Positions 1-10,016 of a stretch of DNA of 64,000 nucleotides are shown here, piece after piece. Under the pieces are notes generated by a model, which saw only the letters and a list, made by a program, of their open reading frames with translations, did no database searches and was not told the DNA's origin. How positions within the stretch are numbered: the stretch's first letter is position 1; every line of letters starts with the position of its first letter. Both the position numbers and the translations under genes were made by a program. This DNA comes from Gemmatimonadota bacterium (GTDB lineage: Bacteria; Gemmatimonadota; Gemmatimonadetes; Gemmatimonadales; GWC2-71-9): assembly GCA_036679605.1 (NCBI GenBank), contig JAZDCZ010000327.1, forward strand, positions 29,094 to 93,093, read 5' to 3'.

Positions 1-1430
1 ATGCACGATCCGCCCACCGAAATGATCAGTGCCTGGGGGGGTATCAGTTGCGCAAACTGCTTGGCGCATTGGAAGGTTCCAAACCAACCCTGTGGTTTGA
101 GATTCTGCATGACCTGTAGTCCTTGAGCAAAGAGAGCCGGTGCCGCCACGATCAGGCACGCCGTTCCCGTCAATGCGAGCCGGCGTTCTCTTCCTGTCGT
201 ACGGGCGGGCTTCAGGGACCGGGCCCACGACAGTCCGACCAGCAGTAGCACCGTTCCTCCCGCCCCAAATGCGCTTTGTCGCAGGTGCACCGCCAAGGGG
301 CCATCGCCCTTGAGCAGTGCGGCAACACTCCCGAGAACAGCGATCCCGGCAAATGCTACTATTAGCCCTCCCAGCACCTTGGGGTCTCGCCAGCGCTTGG
401 CGAAGACGTCGAGCCCCACCCCGAACAGGATGGCCGCCGGCAGCACCACAAACACATGATAGTGAATGGCCCAACTTTCCGAGGCTGTCCGGCCGGCGAC
501 CAAAAGAAAAACGGCTACGGAACCCAGCCAAAAAAGTGCGTAGTGAACGGGTCGACTTCGAGGTCGCGAGAGAACCCCGAGAACTGCTAACACGATACCG
601 GACGGCATCCAAACAAATAGCACATCAAGCCCTGCGAGGCGAGCATAGAAGCTGGGGCTAGCAAGCAGGTCAGCACCGATCCAATGGTACTCGCTGGACA
701 GTCCCAACGAGTTACCGTAGGTTAGCCAGAAACCCCTTGCGTGCGCATACCATGCAACTGCCGGGAGCAACGACATGAGCGCAAAGACCCAAATCCGGCC
801 GTCGCGAATCCACCGCAAGCCTCGCTCTCGAAACAATACTACCAGGAAGAACAATCCAATGTGGGCGGCGCTGGCCTTTGCTAGAACGGTGAGTGCCGTA
901 AGGATGAGTGCGGATACGTACGAGCGAACAGAGCCTTCTCTCACCCATCGAAGGAAAGTGAACGCAGCCGCGACATAGCACAAGAGCATCAAACCGTCTG
1001 GTTGCACAGCGGTCCCAAGGCGCACGACCAATGGGCTTAGTACAAAGAACGTCACTGCACCAATGGCGGCAACAGCCGGGAGCATCCAACGCGCCAGTGC
1101 CAGGAAGACGACCAGAGTGAGAAGCGAGAAACAGAACGAGAGTATGCGGCCGAAGACCTCGTGGTATCCAAAGGCTTTGTAAAGCACGGCCACAGACCAA
1201 GGGTAGAGTGGGAACTCCATTTCGACGTACCCTGGCCCGTCTCCGCGCCAGTCGATCTTGGGATACAACGGGTTCATACTCTCGCGATAGTAGTTGCGCG
1301 CCACGCCAGCAACATCACTTTCGCGCCACGGGTCGCCCACCACACCATCTATGGGATGCCAAACATTGCCACTCCGCAAGGCGACGCCGAGCACGAAGAG
1401 GAGAACGAGAACGGCTGTGTGTCGGCTCAT
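1..1430 (-). CDS. Membrane glycosyltransferase, ArnT/GT39-like (GT-C fold); runs off the left edge
   Basis: Not in the ORF track, presumably because no stop lies in the window. Manual translation from ATG at 1430: MSRHTAVLVLLFVLGVALR...PWRESDVAGVARNYYRESMNPLYPKIDWRGDGPGYVEMEFPLYPW, a typical ArnT-family N-terminus. The same frame is open at the window edge (...QFAQLIPPQALIISVGGSC). Confidence 0.8.
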   Translation of the reverse strand, partial: MSRHTAVLVLLFVLGVALRSGNVWHPIDGVVGDPWRESDVAGVARNYYRESMNPLYPKIDWRGDGPGYVEMEFPLYPWSVAVLYKAFGYHEVFGRILSFCFSLLTLVVFLALARWMLPAVAAIGAVTFFVLSPLVVRLGTAVQPDGLMLLCYVAAAFTFLRWVREGSVRSYVSALILTALTVLAKASAAHIGLFFLVVLFRERGLRWIRDGRIWVFALMSLLPAVAWYAHARGFWLTYGNSLGLSSEYHWIGADLLASPSFYARLAGLDVLFVWMPSGIVLAVLGVLSRPRSRPVHYALFWLGSVAVFLLVAGRTASESWAIHYHVFVVLPAAILFGVGLDVFAKRWRDPKVLGGLIVAFAGIAVLGSVAALLKGDGPLAVHLRQSAFGAGGTVLLLVGLSWARSLKPARTTGRERRLALTGTACLIVAAPALFAQGLQVMQNLKPQGWFGTFQCAKQFAQLIPPQALIISVGGSC

Positions 1431-1513
1431 CTCAATCGCCTACCAACTCCCGGAACGGTCCCAGCTAAGCGACGGCCGATGGTGCTACCGGACACGGTTG
1501 GGGACATGTGGTG

Positions 1514-2872
1514 CTAGCGACCCTGAATGCTGCCATAACGACGCTCATACTGCAGAATCAGTCGAACAGCGGTTGAGTCCACAGCCAGCCTAGGTGCAGC
1601 TTGGGGCAACCCCCATGCCGCACGATAGGCTGGCCCAAGGTAATCGTCACGAAACTCCAGCGCGAAGCTGCGACCCAACAGCGCCCTTCTCGTGTTGAAG
1701 GCATGTCCGACAACACCCGCAGCCCCGAACAGCAGACAATACGACACCATAAGAAAGCGCAGTTTGGACAATCGTCCAAGTCGCGTACTCACAGAACCCA
1801 ACGATCCAAGAAACAGTGGCTCTACCGGCAGCCAGAAACGCGTATCACTGTACGGCCAAACGAGCATGATACCAACGTATGCAAGCAAGAAGATATCGGC
1901 CGGGCCAAGATCCCTCCGTCTCACCCATATTGCAACGACCCATACTCCAAAAGCAATTGCTCCAATCCCAGGCAAAAGGACACGAAAAAAGGCTGGTACG
2001 CGAGCAACTGGAACATTTGCGGCGAGCTGACCCCACTCAGCAAGGCGATAGTTCCAAGTCTGTAGCAACATCGACACCAGTCCAGCGTCGGCCAGTCGGC
2101 TAGGAAGATCGCCCGTCACGTAATCACTGCGCAAGACCGCCCAGCCAACTGATAATGCGAGCATAACTAGAGCGGCGGACACTACAACAGTAACACGACG
2201 ATTCTGCGTTGCCAGAGCTTTGATTGATCTCATACCGCCCAAGCGACCGATCATACACCAACCCAGCGCAGGAATCAGTGCGATCCCAATAGTACGTACG
2301 CCCATTGCAATGAAGGAGAGCAGGATGGCACTTGCCAACCAGGCGGCCCATCTCGCTTCGGTCCGAACGGCCCTCGTCACCAAGTACACGGCGGTGGACG
2401 CCAGTCCGAAGAAGGCATACTCGCTGAGGGGAACAGCGGAGTACTTGAACACGGGAAACGAGAGAAGGAACATGCTACATAACCAGAGCGCAGCTCTACG
2501 CTCGAAACCAAACCCAAGCCGAAGGATTCCAAAGGTACTGATCAAGCCCATGGCAAGGAAAGTCAGATTAACCAGTACAAACGTACGAGCGCCTGCCATG
2601 TTCGCCTTAATCAGCATCGCAAGAATTGCGGGGTATCCAGCAGGATATCCGATCGGACATCGAGCGTGCACACAGCTCGGACAATCGAATCCACTGCCCT
2701 GAACGGCCCCTTCGGCCGTCAAGATGTAGCAAACCGAATCCGGCTCCAGGTGTAGCGGCCTGGCCAACTGAACCAGATACGCCAGGCCAACTACCGCAAG
2801 CACTGCGATGGCAACCTCCGCCCGACACAGATTGCTTGGTGCTCCTGACTGATGGATTGGCGGGGTATTCAT
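1514..2872 (-). CDS. Multi-pass membrane protein, probable GT-C type glycosyltransferase
   Basis: DSVCY motif after the first TM helix, GYPAGYP, LSEYAFF, VRTIGIAL and WPYSDTRFWLP motifs, many hydrophobic helices. Start uncertain (ORF extends to 3028). Confidence 0.6.
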   Translation of the reverse strand: MNTPPIHQSGAPSNLCRAEVAIAVLAVVGLAYLVQLARPLHLEPDSVCYILTAEGAVQGSGFDCPSCVHARCPIGYPAGYPAILAMLIKANMAGARTFVLVNLTFLAMGLISTFGILRLGFGFERRAALWLCSMFLLSFPVFKYSAVPLSEYAFFGLASTAVYLVTRAVRTEARWAAWLASAILLSFIAMGVRTIGIALIPALGWCMIGRLGGMRSIKALATQNRRVTVVVSAALVMLALSVGWAVLRSDYVTGDLPSRLADAGLVSMLLQTWNYRLAEWGQLAANVPVARVPAFFRVLLPGIGAIAFGVWVVAIWVRRRDLGPADIFLLAYVGIMLVWPYSDTRFWLPVEPLFLGSLGSVSTRLGRLSKLRFLMVSYCLLFGAAGVVGHAFNTRRALLGRSFALEFRDDYLGPAYRAAWGLPQAAPRLAVDSTAVRLILQYERRYGSIQGR

Positions 2873-3126
2873 AAGATGTAGTAGCCTGCTTGGCTGGTAG
2901 GGCCGATGTGTCCTTTTGCGTAGCCCACGCCATGCATCCACTGCTCGAGCCAGCTCGAAATCCGCCAACATTGCCTGCACGGCGGCTCCCGTTTCACAGC
3001 GGCGCCAACCTTTCAGGAGAAGGTGCACTATTTAGCCAGGTCCAGCGAGCGAGCGCGGCCCAGCGCTTGCACAGTACGGTCAGCTCGCTAGCCTCCACCA
3101 GCTGTAAGAACCGAAGGAGCAATCGC

Positions 3127-3834
3127 ATGCCAAAGCTGTCCATAGTGATTCCAGCCTTCAACGAAGAAAGCACAATTGGACAGGTAGTGAGAGCAGTGCT
3201 CGACGCAGAACTCCCGACGGATATCCAACGTGAAGTGATCATTGTTGATGATTGCTCCACTGATCAAACCGCAGCTCTAGCCGCCGTGGCCGCATCCGAT
3301 CTCCACGTTTCCCTGCTACGCTTACCTGAAAACCGTGGCAAGGGGGCCGCCTTACGGTATGGCTTTAGCAAAGCCACCGGAGATTTCGTCGTCGTTCAGG
3401 ATGCCGATTTGGAGTACGATCCGCGTGAGTACGTCAAGTTACTTGCCCCTCTTTTGTCCGGCAAGGCAGATGTTGTCTACGGCTCGCGTTTTAGTGGTGG
3501 CGAATCGCATCGAGTCCTCTTCTTCTGGCATGCCGTAGGCAATCGGTTTCTTACTCTACTCTCGAACGCCGTCACCAACCTCAACCTTACAGACATGGAG
3601 ACGTGCTACAAGATGTTCCGTGCCAATGTACTGCAACGCATCAATCTCCGGGAAAATCGGTTCGGATTCGAACCCGAAATCACGTGTAAAGTAGCAAGAC
3701 TTGGTGTCAGGATATATGAGATAGGAATTACATACTCCGGTAGGACGTATGAGGAAGGCAAGAAAATCGGTTGGCGAGATGGCATATGGGCATTGTGGTG
3801 CATCATAAAGTACGGCCTCCTCAGGTTTCCATGA
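3127..3834 (+). CDS. GT2 glycosyltransferase, polyprenol-phosphate hexosyltransferase (DPM1-like)
   Basis: [62 protein letters not shown]. Confidence 0.92.
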   Translation: MPKLSIVIPAFNEESTIGQVVRAVLDAELPTDIQREVIIVDDCSTDQTAALAAVAASDLHVSLLRLPENRGKGAALRYGFSKATGDFVVVQDADLEYDPREYVKLLAPLLSGKADVVYGSRFSGGESHRVLFFWHAVGNRFLTLLSNAVTNLNLTDMETCYKMFRANVLQRINLRENRFGFEPEITCKVARLGVRIYEIGITYSGRTYEEGKKIGWRDGIWALWCIIKYGLLRFP

Positions 3835-4017
3835 ACTGTTTGCCATACGGACCCCCCGACCAGAAACCACATCACTGAGAAAACCCGATGCTCCGAGCGG
3901 TTTCGCCCACCACTATGAAGCACCCTCCGAAGGCTAGGAGGACATGCAACATGCCGGGGGCACCGCTGCAACGGCACGTCCACAGGTGCGATCGACTCAG
4001 AAAGCATGCCCCAAATG

Positions 4018-4818
4018 CTAAATGTCTCTTACAGTAATCTTGTTCAAGAATGCACGCCGCCATTCAGCGTATCTATTGGGACCGAGAGCGCGGCGTATCA
4101 TACGAAGGAAACCATCTCGCGCCTGGCGCGACGCACCAAGGGCACGGTCGCCCTCAAGTATGCGACGGAACCGAGTGGAGGCGACTTCACCACGAATGGT
4201 ACACCGCCGGACAGGCCGCGGCTCGGGACTCTGCCAACGGACTCTGTTGACTCCCCATGTGGACGTCGCAACAAATCGGTAGCCCGCCGCAGCAACGAGC
4301 GCCCGCAAGCTTCGCCGGGGAGGATCCCCACCGGGGAACGCGAGCGTCGAAGTGTCTTGATCCAGCTTGGCGTCGAGAAGACTCTTCGACGCGCAAAGCT
4401 CGTCGCGCAACGCGCCCTCATCGAGGTTGGAAAGAAACGGATGCGTTCGCGTGTGGGATTGGATCGACATTCCTGCCATCTTCATCTTCCGGAGCTGATC
4501 CCATCCAGCGTAACCCGACTGGCCCACCCAGTCCGTTACGACAAAGAACGTAGCGGTCATCCCTCGCTTGATCAGCTCGGGAAAACCGTGAGTGTACTGC
4601 CCGGCGTCAGCGTCATCGAATGTGATCGCTATGCGCCCCGGAGCTGTCCCGTCAAGCACCTCCTCCAACGATCGACCCTCGAACCCCATCTCATGTATCA
4701 TGTCGAGCTGCTCTCTGAATTTGCGCACCGGAACAGAGAAATGTTCCTTGCCGCCTGATGGTCCAACAGATCCGGGCGCAATATCGTGATACATGAGGGC
4801 AACCCACGAGCGTTGCAT
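4018..4818 (-). CDS. Polysaccharide deacetylase (NodB/CE4)
   Basis: LMYHD, ITFDDA, SHTRTH, LAFPGG motifs. Confidence 0.9.
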   Translation of the reverse strand: MQRSWVALMYHDIAPGSVGPSGGKEHFSVPVRKFREQLDMIHEMGFEGRSLEEVLDGTAPGRIAITFDDADAGQYTHGFPELIKRGMTATFFVVTDWVGQSGYAGWDQLRKMKMAGMSIQSHTRTHPFLSNLDEGALRDELCASKSLLDAKLDQDTSTLAFPGGDPPRRSLRALVAAAGYRFVATSTWGVNRVRWQSPEPRPVRRCTIRGEVASTRFRRILEGDRALGASRQARDGFLRMIRRALGPNRYAEWRRAFLNKITVRDI

Positions 4819-6098
4819 CAGCCAGCTTGGCTCGCCAAGGGTTCCGCGTGCTCACCTACAAGATCAGCGACAATATCGAGAAACGTAGCTGCGCGTCGCT
4901 CCCATGTATGTTGAGCAGCCAGATCTTGCCCCGTACGCCGCACCAAATCACTATCTCGAAGGAGTACTTCTTTTACGGCAGCTACGAACGCATCGCCTCC
5001 CGAAGCGATGCTGACGGTGTTGGAGTACTTCTCAACTTCGGGTAGCGGCGTCGACACTGCGGGAATGCCCGCCGCGAGGTACTCCAACAACTTTAGAGGA
5101 TCGACTGCCTCGGTCCACTCGTTCAGCAAGTACGGAATTATCCCTACGTCGAAGCCCTGCACATAGGCTGGTAGTTGATCGTAGCTCTTTGGCCCAAGCA
5201 CGTGAATGTTGGGTAGGTCCAGTTGTGCAACGTCGATCGAAACGGGACCAACCAGAACCACAGATCCGGTGCGGAACTCACGGGACAGACGGCTTAGCAG
5301 CGAGACGTCCACGCAGGCGCTGACACCACCGGCGAACCCAAGTCGCGGCCGTGGCAACCGGCGCAGGTCAGACGGCTCCGGACGTCGCTTGGCAAAGTGT
5401 GTGAAAGTTACACCCTGAGGAAGATGATAGACTCTACCGGACCGAGGTTGCTTCGTGCGCGTCAGCTTCTCAGCTGTGGCAATGACCGCATCTACCCGCC
5501 TCAGCAAGCGCTGCTCCAACGGACCGATCATATCGGCTGAAACACCCGGAAGCTGTAGGAACTCATCCATGCAGAAGTAGACCGAGGCTGATTCGCCCAA
5601 TCTACCCACAACATTAACAGATGGAGGCGATCCAGTAATCAAGATCGGACGGTGGTGACTTTCCAGCTTGTGTAGCGCCTTTCGAATATCTCGAACGAGC
5701 GACCAAGTATTGAAAGCCAGAACGGTTCTGTATTTATGTAGTGGTATGACGCGCGGCTCTATGATCACCCGCGGAGCAGGCCTGGCAAGGGTCGACGGGT
5801 GTCGGTCAACATTGCCTTGGCTACGCCCGAGAGTCTTTTCCCACACGCGGCGAAGGTCCGCCACCGATAGTGACGGCACGCGGTGCCCGATGGAGTTGAC
5901 CCAGATAACCGGGTACCTTGGAACGACGTGGCGGAAAAGATGCTGCATGGAGGAGACGTGCCGCCCCCAATCGTCACCGAACACGACCAGAGGCGTTCCC
6001 GAGGCAAGATTCCCCGGTGTTATATGCTCGTTCTTGGGATTTCGACGAAACATCTCGTCATAGAAGACGCTTTCTGCGACTCGATCTTGCATCTCCAT
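4818..6098 (-). CDS. GT-B glycosyltransferase (TuaH-like)
   Basis: VVFGDDW, YFCMDEF, LPQGV, VDPLKLLEYLAAGIPAVST, HTWERR. Confidence 0.88.
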   Translation of the reverse strand: MEMQDRVAESVFYDEMFRRNPKNEHITPGNLASGTPLVVFGDDWGRHVSSMQHLFRHVVPRYPVIWVNSIGHRVPSLSVADLRRVWEKTLGRSQGNVDRHPSTLARPAPRVIIEPRVIPLHKYRTVLAFNTWSLVRDIRKALHKLESHHRPILITGSPPSVNVVGRLGESASVYFCMDEFLQLPGVSADMIGPLEQRLLRRVDAVIATAEKLTRTKQPRSGRVYHLPQGVTFTHFAKRRPEPSDLRRLPRPRLGFAGGVSACVDVSLLSRLSREFRTGSVVLVGPVSIDVAQLDLPNIHVLGPKSYDQLPAYVQGFDVGIIPYLLNEWTEAVDPLKLLEYLAAGIPAVSTPLPEVEKYSNTVSIASGGDAFVAAVKEVLLRDSDLVRRTGQDLAAQHTWERRAATFLDIVADLVGEHAEPLASQAG

Positions 6099-6220
6099 CT
6101 GTCTCAGTTGAAGGGTTGCCTTGCCATCCTTAGGAACAGGGATCGTGTCTCAAGTGCCCCTAGTTCCCTAAGGAACCCAATGCCTTACGTTTCGCCACTC
6201 TAGTACTACTCGTAAGATAC

Positions 6221-6234
6221 GCAAGGTCTGCGCC
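6221..6234 (-). promoter_or_regulatory. Putative sigma54 -24/-12 promoter for the leftward GT/deacetylase genes
   Basis: GGCGCAGACCTTGC on the minus strand (GG-N10-GC with TTGC), intergenic and correctly oriented. Confidence 0.55.
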
Positions 6235-6311
6235 CCACGTCGCTGCAACGTTTCTCTGTTACACACACTGGTCAGGACATCTAGCTAGCTTCGAACAGGG
6301 CGAGCTCTTAC

Positions 6312-6329
6312 TGTTGCATCCTCGCAACA
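6312..6329. promoter_or_regulatory. Palindrome TGTTGC-N6-GCAACA, candidate enhancer-binding-protein site
   Basis: TGTTGCATCCTCGCAACA lies between two divergent sigma54-like sites; related copies at 15742, 29735 and 38531. Confidence 0.55.
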
Positions 6330-6381
6330 CTCCCCATTTTGCCGCAGTGAACACCCCATTAGCGCTCCGATTAGGCCCACG

Positions 6382-6395
6382 GGTACACCGATTGC
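6382..6395 (+). promoter_or_regulatory. Putative sigma54 -24/-12 promoter
   Basis: GGTACACCGATTGC just upstream of the O-antigen ligase-like gene. Confidence 0.55.
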
Positions 6396-6418
6396 AAGGC
6401 TCGGTCGGACTATGATGA

Positions 6419-7870
6419 TTGGCAGATAAACCTACTCACCCGCATCCTAGAGATAGCTTAGATAGATTGCTAACCCTACCGTTGCACAGAAGCGGTCGCC
6501 GTACCGCCTCCCAAGGCCACACCAGGATCACGTTCCCGGTGGCGTACATGTACTTACTCTGGAGCGTGATCATCCTTAGCTGGCACCGCTTGCTGGCCTC
6601 CCTCGGGCTCGGAATCCTCCTCCGCGCTGAGACTTTTCTATTCGTACCGCTCATAATTGTCTTCGCCTTCAAGTTTCAAGTAATGTTATCACGTTCGCGC
6701 ACAACAACATTTTATCCGCTATTCCTCATCTACACTGGCGTGGCCGCAATCGCAGTGGTATTTGCGCCAAATCGAGGCATGGCTTTCGAAGTTTTTCGGG
6801 TACTCGCACTTTACTACCTTCTCGCAGTAGCTACCACTGCCTATGTGCGAACTCCGGTACAAGCCATACCGATCCTACTGATATTCCTTCTGCAATACGC
6901 GTGGTGGGGTATCTTCGCTGGCACGTCAGGAAGGGTTCCATGGCATCCAACATTGTCCAACGATGATGGGTTCGGGGCGGTAGTTGTGATGGGCATTGGA
7001 CTCTGCTATTGGTTTGGCCTTTCTTTTAGAAATGGGCTCCTGAGATGGTTAGCCTTTCTGCTGGCGGCATACTGTGTCTTTGGAGCTGTCGCTTCATTTG
7101 CACGGGGAGCTATTTTTTCCGCGATAGGAGTCGCTGGTTACATCTGGCTCAGGTCTCCCCGCAAGCTCCACACCGCCGCTGCGGGCGTTTTGGCCGTAGT
7201 GATGTTCACTGCTGCTAGTTCCATCCTGTTCCCCTCCGGAGCCATTTGGGCCGAGCTACAGAGCGCCTTCGTAGAGGGAACGCAGGAAGGAACTGGCCTA
7301 GACCGCTGGACGCTCTGGAAAGCCGCTCTTCAGGTGTTCCTCGAAAGGCCGCTAGTGGGCGCCGGAGGAGGTAATTTCGGAGTGTTTGCGATGCAGCTCT
7401 TTCCTGATGGCTTGGGAACCTACACCAATCCAGGGTGGCTGTGGGGCCGCAACGTCCACAGTGCCTACTTCCAGATATTAAGCGAGTTTGGGATAGCGGG
7501 TTCGTTGCTATTTGTCTGGCTAGTAGTTGACTTCTGGAAACGTTGTCGTGCGCTGCGGAGTGTCGACCGTCTCCGCACCTGGGAGATCGCCACCAGGGGC
7601 CGGGTCGACCTGCGGTACATTTCATACGGGTTAGAGGCAGCAATGCTAGGAAATCTCCTCGGAGGAGTATTCTACGCATCTCTTTACGACCCATGGATCT
7701 ACACGTTACTGGCCCTTAACATACTGCTCTTTTCTGTTACGGAAACTCCAGGCACCCTCACTCAGACACTTGCTAACCACAGATCGCCGGGGACTGACAG
7801 AAACATTTTCCAAACATCGTGTGGTCCGCTGTCCGTCGCTCGAACATCGGCGAACCGGTTGCAGACGTAG
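6419..7870 (+). CDS. O-antigen ligase/polymerase family (Wzy_C) membrane protein
   Basis: Multi-TM; SFARGA, DRWTLWKAA, PLVGAGGGNF, NVHSAYFQILSEFG motifs. Confidence 0.88.
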   Translation: MADKPTHPHPRDSLDRLLTLPLHRSGRRTASQGHTRITFPVAYMYLLWSVIILSWHRLLASLGLGILLRAETFLFVPLIIVFAFKFQVMLSRSRTTTFYPLFLIYTGVAAIAVVFAPNRGMAFEVFRVLALYYLLAVATTAYVRTPVQAIPILLIFLLQYAWWGIFAGTSGRVPWHPTLSNDDGFGAVVVMGIGLCYWFGLSFRNGLLRWLAFLLAAYCVFGAVASFARGAIFSAIGVAGYIWLRSPRKLHTAAAGVLAVVMFTAASSILFPSGAIWAELQSAFVEGTQEGTGLDRWTLWKAALQVFLERPLVGAGGGNFGVFAMQLFPDGLGTYTNPGWLWGRNVHSAYFQILSEFGIAGSLLFVWLVVDFWKRCRALRSVDRLRTWEIATRGRVDLRYISYGLEAAMLGNLLGGVFYASLYDPWIYTLLALNILLFSVTETPGTLTQTLANHRSPGTDRNIFQTSCGPLSVARTSANRLQT

Positions 7871-8005
7871 AGCATCACCTTGAGCCGGACATGTTTCTCG
7901 ACGACCCACACCTTACGCCGGCTGGCAATTGTCGAAGGCCCGAGGACTTTGTGAACGCCATCCTGCACTGCTTGCCAAAAGCATTCCGTAGTCACTCGCG
8001 TACAG

Positions 8006-8746
8006 GTGAATCGAATCTGCAGAAATCAACTAACGCCAGTCCGCCAAAGTCACGTGGTCCAGTCGGACAGTAGCCCGTCTTGGGCTCCGCCACAGAATGC
8101 AGACATGCCAGGGGTGTCGCACAGAGGACTAGGGAACTGGATATGGCTCGCGGAGTTGGATTGTTGGAAACGCGCACTGCAGGTCGGCTGCATATCTGAC
8201 AGCCTCGCTGCTGCACTGCGGATTCACTTCTGCCATGTCTACAATCTTCCACTAAAGGATACGTTAGACTTCATAAAGTCATGCGATGCGCCCGCCACCT
8301 CACAGTGGCATTTTCAAGACGGCGCATTCGATTGTGTCACCCTGCACGGCGGATTCCATGACATCTACGCCAGCCACAGCCCTAACGTGTCCCAAAACGC
8401 ATGTCGTCGTGTGCTGCAACAGTGCCACAGAGTGTTACGACCTGGGGGATGCCTGTACATCGCGACTGCCAACCCCACATGGCTTGGACGTAGAAGTCCA
8501 CGGCGACTTGTGTTCTCTTACGCCGATTGTCTCAAGCAGCTTGGCTTTCGAACTGTCCGTAGGTTCTATACTGAGCCGTCATACGACATTCAGATATCGA
8601 TTATCCCTGCCAGCCGGCGTGCTGTCCTTGCACATCAGGGCACAACTGCAAGGACCGCGCGGGGACGTTTGCCAAAAAAACTGGCCACGCACATTGGGCT
8701 GCATAACTTTCTCTACCCGGGTCTCATACAGTTGGCCTACAAGTGA
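8006..8746 (+). CDS. Class I SAM-dependent methyltransferase-like protein
   Basis: RALQVGC, FQDGAFDCVTL, CHRVLRPGGCLYI; motif I is degenerate. Confidence 0.65.
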   Translation: MNRICRNQLTPVRQSHVVQSDSSPSWAPPQNADMPGVSHRGLGNWIWLAELDCWKRALQVGCISDSLAAALRIHFCHVYNLPLKDTLDFIKSCDAPATSQWHFQDGAFDCVTLHGGFHDIYASHSPNVSQNACRRVLQQCHRVLRPGGCLYIATANPTWLGRRSPRRLVFSYADCLKQLGFRTVRRFYTEPSYDIQISIIPASRRAVLAHQGTTARTARGRLPKKLATHIGLHNFLYPGLIQLAYK

Positions 8747-9777
8747 TACCCTCCAAGTGGACGACCTTGTTGACGGAGCTGAAACTGCCGGACTATCCGC
8801 ACAAGGACGTCAAGTGGACGGACTGCCTCGTGGTTAACAGTGTCGCAACGATTCCGGCTGGCCTTCGCGCCAGTGAATACCCAAAGCCGAACCGAGGCTG
8901 CAACCTCATCTTGCTTGGTCGGAAGGGAGTACCACAATATTTCGTCAAGGTGCGGCCGGCATGGGACCAAAGGCTCATCCGCGCTACGGGCATTCGGGAG
9001 CGGCTCTGTAACGATCCAATCCTCCGGGAGGTGGTCCCCTGGACCAAGGGGCTCAGGAACCGAGAGGTTACGATCCAAGCAAGCAAGATGGTGCCCGGTC
9101 ACACGTTCGATCGGATCATGCCGAACAATGCTGATCGCTGGCGTGAATCGGTCAATGACATCCTGAGGGTAACCTCCCTGCTCACGAAACGTTCGGTAGC
9201 GTTACTGCCAGACCTCTCCGTAGGCGGTGGTGGGATTGACGTCGCAAATGCGGCCGTTGAAAACCTCGAGTATCTTGCGACGTTGGGGTTTCCCAGACGG
9301 CACCTCGACAGTCTTGAGGCGGTGCTACGCTCGGCAGGCACGTTGCCGAGCATACCACAACACGGTGACCTCTGGCCCAGCAACATCGTGCGGTATCGTC
9401 GCCGGTGGTGGCTGCTCGATTACGAGGACTTCGGGCAGATCCGGGTTCCCCTTTATGACATGTACCATCTCCTTCGCTCCTGTATGGTTCAGCAAACACG
9501 GCGTGCCGAGGCACTACAGGGCCCCGTTTGGGTAGAGATGCTCTCGAGTGCCAACGCCGCAGCAGCGACAGGCAGAGAGATTATCGGGTACGCAGCAAGA
9601 GAACTCTCTTTGGAACCGCGACAAGTGTTGGGGACTCTTGGCTATTACCTGTCAGATATAGCGGTACGAATACGCCGCCGTGGTAACCCCCAGGCAATCT
9701 ATGGACCATTCCTTGAGGATCTCGTATCCTTCTGCTACGACAATCAAAGTTTTCTGGATAGCTGGGCAGTTTGGTGA
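8743..9777 (+). CDS. Aminoglycoside phosphotransferase/kinase-like protein
   Basis: FVKV, HGDLWPSNI, LLDYE motifs; GTGA overlap with the upstream gene. Confidence 0.8.
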   Translation: MIPSKWTTLLTELKLPDYPHKDVKWTDCLVVNSVATIPAGLRASEYPKPNRGCNLILLGRKGVPQYFVKVRPAWDQRLIRATGIRERLCNDPILREVVPWTKGLRNREVTIQASKMVPGHTFDRIMPNNADRWRESVNDILRVTSLLTKRSVALLPDLSVGGGGIDVANAAVENLEYLATLGFPRRHLDSLEAVLRSAGTLPSIPQHGDLWPSNIVRYRRRWWLLDYEDFGQIRVPLYDMYHLLRSCMVQQTRRAEALQGPVWVEMLSSANAAAATGREIIGYAARELSLEPRQVLGTLGYYLSDIAVRIRRRGNPQAIYGPFLEDLVSFCYDNQSFLDSWAVW

Positions 9778-10016
9778 CGCTGCCTGGCACCGCGCCTTCG
9801 GAACCTGGCCCGGCGTCAGGGGAACTGCACGATCTCGTTGATTTGCTGAGAAGGGGCGACGACATTGGCCCGATGTTTTTCGGGAAGTCAGCGTGAGTTG
9901 CCAACCACAACCACGGACAGGCGTTCCCGTATCGTGGGGTAAGTCAAGCAACACAGGTCGAGAAATGGTGCAATGCGAATAAGAGCAACACCAAATACAT
10001 GTCGCTTCGGTTGGGC

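Noticed and set aside
8743..9777. Antibiotic resistance genes (APH here; VanZ and FemAB further right)
   Set aside because: Fold-level similarity only; all sit in polysaccharide operons
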